Source: Selaginella moellendorffii | Taxonomy: Eukaryota; Plantae; Lycopodiophyta | DNA length: 64,000 nucleotides | Assembly (NCBI RefSeq): GCF_000143415.4 | Contig: NW_003314307.1 | Span: 76,922 to 140,921 of the forward strand | Direction: 5' to 3' | Shown here: positions 14,501-25,700 of the stretch, piece after piece | Position numbering within the stretch: the stretch's first letter is position 1 | Layout of the letters: each line of letters starts with the position of its first letter | Translations under genes and position numbers: made by a program | The notes under the pieces: generated by a model | What the model saw: the letters and a program-made list of their open reading frames with translations, nothing else | Told to the model about the DNA's origin: nothing | Database searches by the model: none

Positions 14501-15697
14501 CACTCTTGATCTTGTTTGGATGTGGTGACCATGAGCATCTTAGTTATGGTTGAGTTTATTTTCTGTTTTTTTTTTAAAAATAAATCTTTGCAAACACCAT
14601 GTCAAAAGTGTGGTAGCTCGATGATGATCTCCCTAGCGAATTTCTTAGGATGGAGCACCTAGAAACTCCTGGGATCTGCATCTTGGGCTGTGTTTCAAGC
14701 CTAGTCTTCCCTTTGAATTTAAGACTTGTGAGAGAAAGAAAAACTGGCAAACAAATATATGAGGTGTTAGTGCATGAAGGCAGTGAGTAAGGATACTTGT
14801 GACATCCAAAGAGAAGTCAGAGAAATACTAAAGCTTCATCTTGGGAGCAGTATGAAGAAATATTAAAGCTCATCAAAAAGTAGTATGGAGAAATACTAAA
14901 GCTATCAAGGATTGGAACAATGGAAAGTAATATGGATAAATCAAAGGATGTAAATACATATAAGTATAGAAAGGGGATTAAGGAAACATTCTAAGTACCT
15001 AGGGGTGAAATTTTCAGGTAAATTGGAAAAGATGCTTTGAAAAATGAGAGATGAAAACAAGAAAAAAAACACTAATCAAGTTTTGAAAAGCTGTGTCTTT
15101 AAAGCTTCCACTCCTTTCACACAAAAATACACACTCAAATATATCTCCCAACTTTACAAAACACTACCATATTTCAAAAACTTAACCACCACCTTTTGCA
15201 AACATGATATGTGAATAAAGATCTTTCGTTTCAACCACCAAACTCCTGTGCCATCTGCAAGGCAGTGCTTAGATCCCAGCACATTCAATAGACTCCCAGC
15301 AGACTCCCTCACATGCCCTCACTCCTCTTGCCCAAAATGAAACGAACAAGAGAGCGAACCCTAGGCCAACCTCCCAACCCTTAAGGCGTTACGGCCTTAA
15401 ATCCCACAGGCCATAGAATATTCTTGGAATATTCCTGTGGTTCGTGTCATTCTCCCCTCCCTCATGACCCAGCCACATACGGTAGCCTCGAGAAGCTAAA
15501 CGAGCCTCAAATGAAGGGAGTCCAAAGCAATACGGCCATGGAGAAAAGATGTGCAAATGGCAACACTAACGTCGCAACAAACGGTCATGAAAGAAAGAAA
15601 GCAATACGGCTTTCTCACATGACAATACGGTCATGGAAAACAAGAGAATGAGAATAGAACAAACGGCTCAAATCATATAGCAATACGGCTATAGAAC

Positions 15698-17320
15698 TCA
15701 ATTCTCCCCTTCCTTAGGAATGTTATCCAAGTCATAACCAAAACTTGGAAACACTCTCTTCACGTCATCCTCAGTTTCCCATGTAGCTTCGTCCATGGAA
15801 TAACCATTCCACTGAACTAACAACTCCTTAATTGTTTTCCGGCGTGTTTTCACCAATCTTTGAGCAAGAATATTGGCCGGACCAGCCTTCTCTGCATCAA
15901 TCTCTGGAACCTGGATGATGGATTGATCCACGATATCACCAAAGTGCAAACACACTTTAAGCTTGCTCACATGGAACGTTGGATGAATCTTCGAACTAAC
16001 TGGCAAATCCAAAGTGTATGGAAGATCCCCCACACGCTGTAAAATTGTCCAAGGCCCACAATACCGTGGGGACAACTTAGCACTACCACTTCCTTTTAGA
16101 GATCGTTGTGCATCCGACAGCTTAAGGAAAACCTTGTCACCAACTTTGTACTCTTGATGACGACGATGCTCATCAGCCAATCTTTTGTCTCGTTCTTGAG
16201 CTTGCCTCATGTTCAATTTTGCCAACTCAAGCTTGTCTTGCATATCCTCCAGGATATCATAAGCATGAGGAACCCGAACCAAAGACAAATTCAAACTCAC
16301 AGGAGACCTAGGCTCATAGCCATACATCGCCATAAAAGGAGACATGCCAATAGCCAATTGATGAGCGCTATTGTGAGCAAACTGAAACAAAGGTAAGTAT
16401 TTTTCCCATACTCCCTATCGAGTCAAGTTTCCCACAAAAGACCATAGCATATCTTCTAATAGCTGATTCATGCGCTCTGTCTGCCCATCAGATTGTGGAT
16501 GCTCACCACTACTCATGCTCAGTTTAGTCTCTAGTTTTTCAAAAACCGTTTGCCAAAACTTGAATGTGAACTTAGGATCCCGATCACTCACAATGTCACC
16601 CGGCAAACCATAGAGACTAAATAACCGGTCTACAAACAACTAAGCAAGTTCAGAAGCTTTTATCGTTGTCTTCACAGGGAAAAAGTGAGCCATCTTCGTC
16701 AAACAATCCACAACAACCCAAATAGCATCATTTCCTAGAAAGGTTTTAGGCAAACCAGTGATAAAATCCATCGAGATGCTATCCCACTTATTCTCGGGTA
16801 CACGTAAAGGATGATAGAGGCCAGCGAGCTTCTGATGATCAACTTTGACCGCCTGGCAGGTCAAGCAACCACGTACATACTTCTCAACATCTGACTTCAT
16901 CCCAGGCCAAAAGAAATGCTTCTTCACCAACATATATGTTCTCAATACCCCCGGATGCCCAGCACTTGGCACATCATGACACTCAACCAAAATCCGTTTG
17001 ATGAGTTTGTCAACACGAGGAACCACTACACGTCCCTTCTTCACCATAATTCCATCTTGTATTTCGAATGACGCAAACTTGTCACCCTTCAAATCTGTAG
17101 AGGCGTCCCTCAACAAAACCTTCACGTGAATATCAGTGATAAATAATATCCATCCAAGAGATTGCTGGATAGCTTCACGAATGAGATAGAATTTACCATC
17201 CTGGATAACACATCAGCCACCTTATTGTCACCTCCATGCTTGTATCGGATCTTAACAGATATTTCCTGCAGGAACTCTTGCCAACGAGCAAGGCAACCTC
17301 GAAGATCCACATCTGGAGAG
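15698..17320 (-). pseudogene. pol: End of RNase H, integrase and chromodomain of element B
   Basis: LARWQEFLQE...NKVADVLSR; HHCC zinc finger (H..PSAGH...CLTCQ); WDSISMDFITGLP; IVSDRDPKF; HPQSDGQTE; GPW; LVQWNGYSMDEATWE chromodomain. Stops and frameshifts. Confidence 0.95.
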
Positions 17321-17511
17321 ACTAATGATCTGAAACTACATGGAAGTCCGATCCATATAGATAATATCGCCATTCTTGAGTAGGTCAATTCTACTGTGTG
17401 ACATAAAACTTGTGGCTCATGAAGGCGAGAGAATGCCTAACTTGAAGCAATACGGCCTCAAAAGCACTATCACTCACATCATTGTCTATAATTTCCACCA
17501 CAATCACCTTA

Positions 17512-18510
17512 TCATTCATTGACCCCTTCAGAACAATCCTTGCTCTGATGTCCAGCTCTATAGCAACAAAAACAATTGCCCTCCGCTTTGTCTTTCTCTC
17601 GTTGGTCCAAACGAAGTTTCTTAGCTTCATTGCCATCTTTATGCTTCGAGCCACAACGGAATAACGACCGTTTCTTCCCTGAATATGAAGAATTAGCAAG
17701 CTGGTCATCACGTTGACTACTCCGTGGACTATCTCGTTGACCAGAGTTGACCAAGTTGACTGACGGTTCGGGCGAAAAGATCTGAGCCTTAGTGATAGCA
17801 TCAGTTAATGCTGCTGGAAAATCCTTCTTGACCTTCTGCTGCACATCCACCGAGCTCAATCCTTTGATAAAACATTGCACCTTTAGCAGCTCATTATAGG
17901 TGCCCGTGAGACTAAGGCAAAGATCACGGAACTTGCGGGCATACACATCCAAAGACAAAGTCCCCTGCCGGATTTCTAACAATTGATTCATGAGATCAAC
18001 CTCTTCAAACTTCTTGACAAATGAAGCGCGAAAAACCTTTGTCAAATCAGTCCAAGAAGTCGGCTTCGGATTAGCTTTGATGTAGTTCTTCCACCATGAA
18101 GAAGCATGGCCCGTAAGCTTCATCACAAAGAAATCTATCTTCACCTTATCCTCACAAGGATTGTGAGACCAACAACTTTCCCACAATTCCAACCAAGAAT
18201 CAACCTCTTAACTATCACAAACATCTGGTGATGATTTCCATTTCATAATACCATAATCCTTGGCATGCTTGACGTACCAATGGTAATCACGGACATGAGA
18301 TCGATTCAATCCTTGAGGGTCCATGCGAAGCAAGAAATCCTTAATGAGATTGACGGAATCCTTAACCTCCTTTATGTTGCTCTGAACCACAAATATCTGG
18401 CGTCCTTGCCGCAGAACGACATCTTCAAGAGTTTCTTCTGCATCGTCATGGCTATCATCACTAATGCCATACTCCTCATCAGGATCAATATCTTGCTCTC
18501 CTGCCATCCC
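17512..18510 (-). pseudogene. gag: gag of element B
   Basis: LTGHASSWW and IRQGTLSLDVYARKF retrotransposon-gag motifs, zinc knuckle CFCCYRAGHQSKDC. Frame disruption near 18200-18260. Confidence 0.9.
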
Positions 18511-18732
18511 CAAAAGAACGTGCTGCTTCGATACCAATGAAACGAACAAGAGAGCGAACCCTAAACCAACCTCCCAACCCTTAAGGCGTTACGGCCTTAA
18601 ATCCCACAGGCCATGGAATATTCTCGGAATATTCCCGTGGTTCGTGTCACAAAATCCCCTTGGAATCCTTCAGCTTCCCAGCCCTTGCAAACACATGCTA
18701 CTGCAGCAATCTGCGGTGAGATTCAAGCTGTA

Positions 18733-20458
18733 TGTAAGGAACCAACTCGCCGAGGTGTCGTAGGCTAAAGGAACCCCGAAAGCATGACCAAAATGACAAA
18801 GAGTTCATCGGATGGGACCAAGTCGAAGATCGAGTCCAAGACCGACTCTAGGACCGAGTTCGAGATAGAGTCCGGAATCGAGTCCGAGACCGACTCGGGG
18901 ACCGAGTTCGAGTCCGAGTTCGAGACCGAGTTCGAGACGGAGTCCGAGATCCGAAATCGGGTCCGAGACCGAGTCCGAGGTCGAGTCCGAGGTCGGGTCC
19001 GAGATCGGGTCCAAGATCGAGTCCGTGATCGAGTCCGAACCCGAATCCGAAGTCGGATCCGAAATCGGGTCCGAGATCGAGCCAGAGACTAAGTCCAAAT
19101 ACTAATACGGGTCAAGGGGTGAAAGCCCAAAGCGTGCGTCTCCCAGGGGGGGGGGGCTGCAGGGGGTTCCAAAAGTATAGTAGGGATAGTGAGGTCCAGG
19201 AACCAGTTTGAAGGGAACTCTCCAGTTGGGCTTCCAAACCGACTTGAGGTTGGGACTGGGACCGAGGGGCCTTGGGTGGGAGTGAGCATGGACTTGGCTG
19301 GTGCCGGAGGGGCCATCCAAGGAAGTGCTCAAGAGCAGCTCCCACTCCCGAAAGGGAAATCGATTGCGGTGCTCCCGGCTCATGTGGAGTGGTGCCCCAC
19401 TTGAGTACCATGCGGCTCATTGGTCCTCGCCCTTCCTAGGGGCTTGGGCCTTCCTTCGGGATGGAAGTGGGGGGCGAGAGGTACCCATACCGGGCCGTTA
19501 GGCCACGGTGTTTCGCCCCGGCGTCCCGAAGCAAGTGTTGCACTCAAGACTTGGGATTTAGAGGGTCCCATGATCAAGTCTTGTGGTACCAAGAATCAGG
19601 TCCGAGACCGAGTCCAAAGTTGAGTCCGAGATCGGGTCCAAGATCGAGTCCAAGATCAAGCCTGAGACTGAGTCCAAGTACTAATACGGGTCAAGGGGTG
19701 AAAGCCCAAAGCGTGCGTCTCCCGGGGGGGGGGGCTGCAAGGGGTTCCAAAAGTATAATACGGATAGTGAGGTCCCAGAACCAGTTTGAAGGGAACTCTC
19801 CAGTTGGGCTTCCAAACCGACTTGAGGTTGGGACTGGGACCGAGGGGCCTTGGGTGGGAGTGAGCATGGACTTGGCTGGTGCCGGAGGGGCCATCCAAGG
19901 AAGTGCTCAAGAGCAGCTCCCACTCCCGAAAGGGAAATCGATTGCGGTGCTCCCGGCTCATGTGGAGTGGTGCCCCACTTGAGTACCATGCGGCTCATTG
20001 GTCCTCGCCCTTCCTAGGGGCTTGGGCCTTCCTTCGGGATGGAAGTGGGGGGCGAGAGGTACCCATACCGGGCCGTTAGGCCACGGTGTTTCGCCCCGGC
20101 GTCCCGAAGCAAGTGTTGCACTCAAGACTTGGGATTTAGAGGGTCCCATGATCAAGTCTTGTGGTACCAAGGGATGTTAGGAACCTGGAAGCTTGGTGTG
20201 CTTGGCTGTTTGTGCTTGCGGGGAGTGTAGCCGAACCTTAAGTCCAGTCTAACCCGGGGAGGGGGATTGGGAGTGATTTGGGAATCCGTGGAAGGATGGC
20301 TAACACTCCGTTGCTCGTGCAGTGAGTAGCTGAAACCAAGTAGGAGCTGGTACCATAGGCGAGAACCTTGGCAAGGGAACTTAGCAAAAGCCAAGGCAGT
20401 GTTGGACAGATAGACGAGGTAAGCTGGCAAATTGGAAAGGAAAAATTTGTGGCTTACA
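18733..20458 (+). repeat. 5-prime LTR of A, with a CCGAG hexamer array and a 578-bp internal tandem duplication
   Basis: Matches 25701-26848 plus one extra unit (about 19014-19591 repeated at 19592-20169). Confidence 0.95.
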
Positions 20459-20517
20459 ATTTGGTATCGGAGCCTTTATCTCAGTTCTAGCGAAGGATAG
20501 AGGCGGATTGCTGGGAG

Positions 20518-23500
20518 ATGGCAAGGGCAGGGCGTAAGCGAACCCAGGCGGAGACGGAACCTCCGCCGGAGCTGGAGCCTCCGGTTGAACAAGAGGCTAT
20601 GGATGAGGAATCCTTGCATGAGGAGGACTCCAGTGAGGAAACTTCCAAACAGGAGTCCGGTGGCGAGGTTCGGTCATCCAAGGCTCGATTGGACGTGCTA
20701 GAAGGACAGTTGGCACAGACCAATGCTCTGCTGGAGACTCTCGTACGCAAGTTAAAGCGTGACGAGAAGCGGAAGAAAAAGTGAAAGACTGCGGATGCTG
20801 GCAGCGCAGAAGGTGCGGACCCTTCGGCCGGGACTGAGGCAAAACCAGACAAGGTCGAACAGACCGAAGTAGAATCAGTCCCTCAGGCAGTTCCCAAGTA
20901 CAAACCAAAGCCCCCACCGGTGTTCAAGGGAGTGAACGACTATAAGGTTGTGGAGGATTGGTTTTACGATATGGAGGACTACTTCCGAGCGTTGCGGTTA
21001 CCGAGCTCGGAGAAGGTCCCATGTGCAAAACCATACTTGGCAGATAATGCCAAGTCTTGGTGGAGAACAACGGAGGCCAACGAAGGACCGGTGGTCACTT
21101 GGGACATGATGAAGGCGAGGATCCGCGCAACATATGTTCCTCCGAATGCCACTCTGCATCTGAGGGATGAACTGAGTAGGCTGAAACAGACAGGAACCAT
21201 CCAGGAATATGTGAATGGGTTCATGGCAAAGAGGATACTTGTCATGGACATGGGGGATATGGATGCGTTCCATGCCTTCATATCAGGTTTGCAAACCTGG
21301 GCTCGCGGTGAGGTGATGAGGTGGAACCTGACCAACTACAAGGAAGCGTTGGATGCGGCCATCAAGGTGCATTTCAACGATAACCTGCGAAAGGGGAACA
21401 CGACGGGGTCGGGATCCACATTTAGCAAAGGGGCCAAACCAAGGGGAACGTATAGCAAGGGGAAATTCAAAAGGAGTTTCTCTAAGAATGAGTCCTCGGG
21501 GTTCCGGAAAGGCAAATCCGGTGGCCAGCGAGCGAGTACGTGGGGGAGTCAAGCGAAAAAGGACAAACCCACGGATAAGAAGGTCAAGTCGTATAGCAGC
21601 GTGGGAAACAACGTATGCTACAACTGCGGCGAAGCGGGACACTTCTCGAGGGAATGTCCCTACCCGAAGAAGGCCAGAGCCAATATGGCCATCAAGTCGG
21701 GTGAAGTCCAAACTGAGGTATGTGATCCAGTCCCTAACTCAAAGTTACTCATTACACGAGCAACTTTGGTAGAGAGTCGTTCGCGACATCTACTAGCCCT
21801 TCGAGGGAAGCTCGGAGGTAGCTTTGTTAAGATCCTTATTGACACGGGTGCTTCGGATAATTTTGTGGCTGCAGACATAGTCCGGCAAGCCGGACTAACG
21901 GTGCAGCGGCTAGGCGAACCAAGGACTATAGAGTTTGTTCAAGGTAGCCAAAGCACCGATGAGGTACTTCGACAAGCGAGAGTCGAAGTGGGGACATGGA
22001 AAGTGGACATGGATTTCACCGTCTTGGACATGGCGGGATTTGACATGATCTTCGGAATGGATTGGTTTAATCGGTTCGTGGTAGCCCTGCATGGACAAGG
22101 TAGGAACCTTGTGGTATTGGCGAATGCCCAAGGAAGAAGATCTAGGGTGGAGGCCCAGGATCTAAAGGTAGGGCAAAGCAAGGCCAAAGAGTCATGCTTA
22201 AACCTGGTGTCCACGAGAGGACAACTCACTAAAGGAACTAAGGCAGCCTTTTTGTGCTTACTCTCGATGAAGAGTGACAAAAAGACAAGAACGGAAGAAG
22301 TACCTTTAGTGATCCAGCAGGTGCTGGACCAATTCCAGGATACCATGCCAGAGGAGCTACCGGCGGGGTTGCCCCCCGCACGACCGATAGAACATAAGAT
22401 TGAGCTGGTCGAGGGTGCTGAGGCGGTGGTTCGTCCACCCTATCGATTGAACGAAAAAGAACTCAAGGAGCTCAAGAGCCAACTAGAGGAGTTGGTGGAC
22501 AAAGGGTATGTTAGGTTGAGCAAGTCGCCGTATGGGGCGCCGGTGCTATTTGTGAAAAAGAAAGATGGATCTATGCGCATGTGCATAGACTACCGGTTGC
22601 TCAACAAATATACCAAGAAGAAGAAGTACCCTTTGCCAAGGATCGAGGACCTGTTCGATAGGTTGGGAAAGGCAAAATACTTCTCGAGGATTGACCTAAG
22701 GTCAGGATACTACCAGATCAGGGTAGCTGAGGAAGATGTCGAGAAGACAACTTATCGAACGAGGTATGGGAGCTTTGAGTTTTTGGTGATGCCCTTTGGG
22801 CTGTGCAATGTGCCGGCAACGTTTTCGGCGTTGATGAACCACATCTTTGTACCCTATCTGGATCGCTTCGTGGTCGTCTATATTGACGATATCCTGATCT
22901 ATAGCGAGACGCTAGAGGAGCATGCCGAACACTTGGCGAAGGTGTTTGAGAAACTAAGGGAACACAAACTGTATGCTAAAGAGAGCAAATGTGACTTTGC
23001 TCAACAAGAGGTAAAGTTTCTCGGGCATGTGGTGGGCCAGGACGGGCTCAAGGTGGACCCGGAGAAGGTCCAAGCGATCCAGGAATGGGAACGACCATCG
23101 AATGTACATGAGTTGAGGGCGTTCCTGGGGCTATGCAACTACTATCGAAAGTTTATCAGACACTATTCGAGAGTAGCCCTACCCTTAACGGACCAAACAG
23201 GAAAAGGGAAGATGGTATGGACAGCGGAATGCGAGGCGGCATTCGTCCACCTCAAAGGGAAGTTGAGGAAGGCTCCGGTGTTGGCATTACCAGACTTTGG
23301 TAAGGACTTTGAGGTAGACACGGATGCTTCGGACTTTGCGTTGGGCGCAGTTTTGAAGCAAGACAACCATCCAGTAGCGTTCTTCTCGAAGAAGCTGGAC
23401 AAGGCTCAACGGAAGTGGCCTGCCCACGAGAAGGAATTGTTTGCGGTGGTCAAGGCGCTCAAGGAGTGGCGACACTACCTTGGGAGACACTTCAAGGTTT

Positions 23501-25290
23501 ACACGGACAATGTGGCAACGAAACACTTCTTGTCACAGCCCGACCTAAGGGGAAAACAAGGTCGGTGGGCCAATGCTTTGGCCGAGTTTGATTGCGAGAT
23601 CCTGTACAAGCCTGGGAAGAGCAACATCGTGGCAGATGCGCTAAGTCGAAAAGCGAGCTTGAAGTTGGCGATATCTAGCGCGACAGCAACCTTTTGGGAC
23701 GATGTGCGGACCGCATACGAGAGTGATGGTCTAGCACAAGAAGTGTTGCTGAGGAATCTGGAGGCGCGGGAAGCTCACCAGAGAGGTGAGCTTCCAACGG
23801 AAGAGAAAACGGGCTATGCGGAACGCAACGGACTCATATATTACAAGCAAACGAGGGTGTATGTTCCAGAGGGGGAACTAAGGAAAGTAGCCTTGGAAGA
23901 GTGTCATGACGGACCTCTTGCGGGACACGGCGGAGTGCCCAAGACGATGGGCTTACTCAAAAGGAAGTATCACTGGCCAGATATGGCTAAGGACGTCCAA
24001 GACTATGTAAAGACATGTCCAACATGTCAGCAGGTCAAAGCCGTGACGAAGGCTAGTGGGGGCTTGTTGCAAAGCATCCCCATTCCAGATCGTCCGTGGA
24101 AATGTCTCACGATAGACTTCATCACGGGACTACCCCCAAGCGAGGGGTTCGATGCGATATTCGTGGTGGTGGACCGATTTTCAAAGATGGCACATTTCAT
24201 ACCCACCACAACGGATGTGGATGCGGAAGGTGTGGCGAAACTGTTCTTCGAACAAGTGGTTCGAGTGCGGGGAAGGCCGGAGGAGATTATCTCAGATCGA
24301 GATAAGATCTTCACTAGTAGGTTCTGGAGGACCCTCCTGGAACAGTATCGCACCAAGTTGAAATTCAGCACAGCCTATCACCCACAGACAGGTATGGGGT
24401 ATTAAGTCAAGTTTGGTGGTCCTAACACTTCTTGACAGACGGACAAACGGAAAGGGTGAATAGGCAGCTGGAGGATTATTTGCGATGCTATGTCTCGGGA
24501 GACCAGACCGATTGGGTAAGTCATTTGGGACTTGCGGAAATGTGTTATAACAACTCACCACATTCGAGTATCGGGGTGAGTCCATGGGAAGTCATCAATG
24601 GGCGAGCTATTGAAGGTCCTGTGGAACTCGGCGTGGCCGAGTATCATGGAGAGTTACCCGCAGTGGAGGCATTCACGGCGGAAAGACTCAACATTTGGAA
24701 TCTAGTGAGGGATTCCTTGGAACGGGCTCAACAAAGGCAAACCAAGTACGCGAACCTAAAGCGCCGGGATGTAGAGTTCCAAGCTGGGGAGAAGGTGTGG
24801 CTGAACACCAAGAACCTTAGGCTACCAAGTGGGATCAGCCGAAAGTTGACCCAAAGGTAAAAATGCATGTATTCCTGTAAATGAATTGATCTTGAGTTCC
24901 TTAAGCAGGTTCGCGGGGCCTTACGAGATTGAGGCACGAATCGGTAAAGTGGCTTACCGACTCCGACTTCCTCGAGAGATGGGGAAGATGCACCCAGTGT
25001 TCCATGTGAACTTACTCAAGCCGTACTTTGAGGATCCGCTTCGCAAGGACCAAGTAAGACCTTTACCTGAGGTTATCCAAGGGGAAGAGGAATACGAAGT
25101 CGAGGCCATCCTCAATGCGCGCAAGAGCAAGTGACAAGGACGCGAGGTGAGAGAGTTCCATGTGAAGTGGAAAGGATTTCCACACTGCGAAGCAACATGG
25201 GAACCGGAGGAGAACCTAGCGAACGCGCGAGATCTAGTGGAGGAATTTCTGCAAGGCAGAACTCTATGTACTTATGCAAAGTTCAATTAA
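20518..25290 (+). CDS. gag-pol: gag-pol polyprotein (Gag, CCHC, protease, RT, RNase H, integrase, chromodomain) with two introns and two TGA stops
   Basis: [58 protein letters not shown]^DGQTE, R^[19 protein letters not shown]. Exons 20518-24391, 24439-24856 and 24909-25290. In-frame TGA at 20782 and 25132, probably from CGA. Confidence 0.92.
24392..24438 (+). other. 47-nt GT-AG intron in the integrase core
   Basis: G|gtatgg...cctaacacttcttgacag|AC. Removal restores [12 protein letters not shown]. Confidence 0.85.
24857..24908 (+). other. 52-nt GT-AG intron before the integrase GPY motif
   Basis: AG|gtaaaa...ttccttaagcag|G. Removal restores [13 protein letters not shown]. Confidence 0.85.
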
Positions 25291-25384
25291 AAATATCAAT
25301 TTGCAAAGTTGAGCAAGTGGCATATGTTGGGACCCGAAGGCGCGCCGAAGGTGAGCTAATTAGCATGGGTTAGCTAGGTCGACC

Positions 25385-25700
25385 TGGCGTAGGGAGCTAC
25401 GCCCGACTCTCTGCGGGGATGTCGAAACCGTAGACGTATTCTACGGAGGTTGGGTTCGAGTCCCAACCCCCTAGTAAAGCAAGGCTGGGTTCGAGTCCCG
25501 ACCCCATACTAGGGCGTGGTGAGGGGAGGAGTATAGGGACACCTATATTCCGTTGTCATGAGCTCTTGGCCGGGGAGGCTAACTTAGGCACACCGCTAAG
25601 TGGGGGGATGCCCCCGGAGACATGGTCAACAAGTCGTAGGATAAAAAAAAAAAAGAGACGTTCGATGTGGGCATCGAACTTCTTCTATGGGTGGTGGAGT
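25385..25700 (+). other. Multi-hairpin structured 3-prime UTR of A with two GGTTCGAGTCC loops
   Basis: Hairpins ggcgtag-ggag-ctacgcc, ccgtaga..tctacgg, ggttggg..cccaacc, ggagtatagg-gaca-cctatattcc and gttcgatg-tggg-catcgaac. Homologous to 57297-57510. Confidence 0.65.

Larger units (their letters stand above)
15338..18649 (-). mobile_element. Element B: internally deleted Ty3/gypsy chromovirus with 112-bp LTRs
   Basis: LTRs 15338-15449 and 18538-18649 (TG..CA, 5 differences). TSD CAAAA at 15333-15337 and 18650-18654. Met-type PBS (ttggtatcgaagc on minus) at ~18525-18537. PPT gagggaggggagaa at 15450-15463. Confidence 0.95.

Noticed and set aside
11600-15300. Short ORFs in the AT-rich region
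   Set aside because: No recognisable domains or coding bias.
20782-20784. Programmed readthrough at TGA in gag (and at 25132)
   Set aside because: Both fit CGA-to-TGA deamination, matching the transition-only LTR differences.
25445-25505. tRNA gene or SINE suggested by GGTTCGAGTCC (also 57355-57405)
   Set aside because: No D arm, anticodon arm or acceptor stem. The motifs are hairpin loops in a retroelement UTR.
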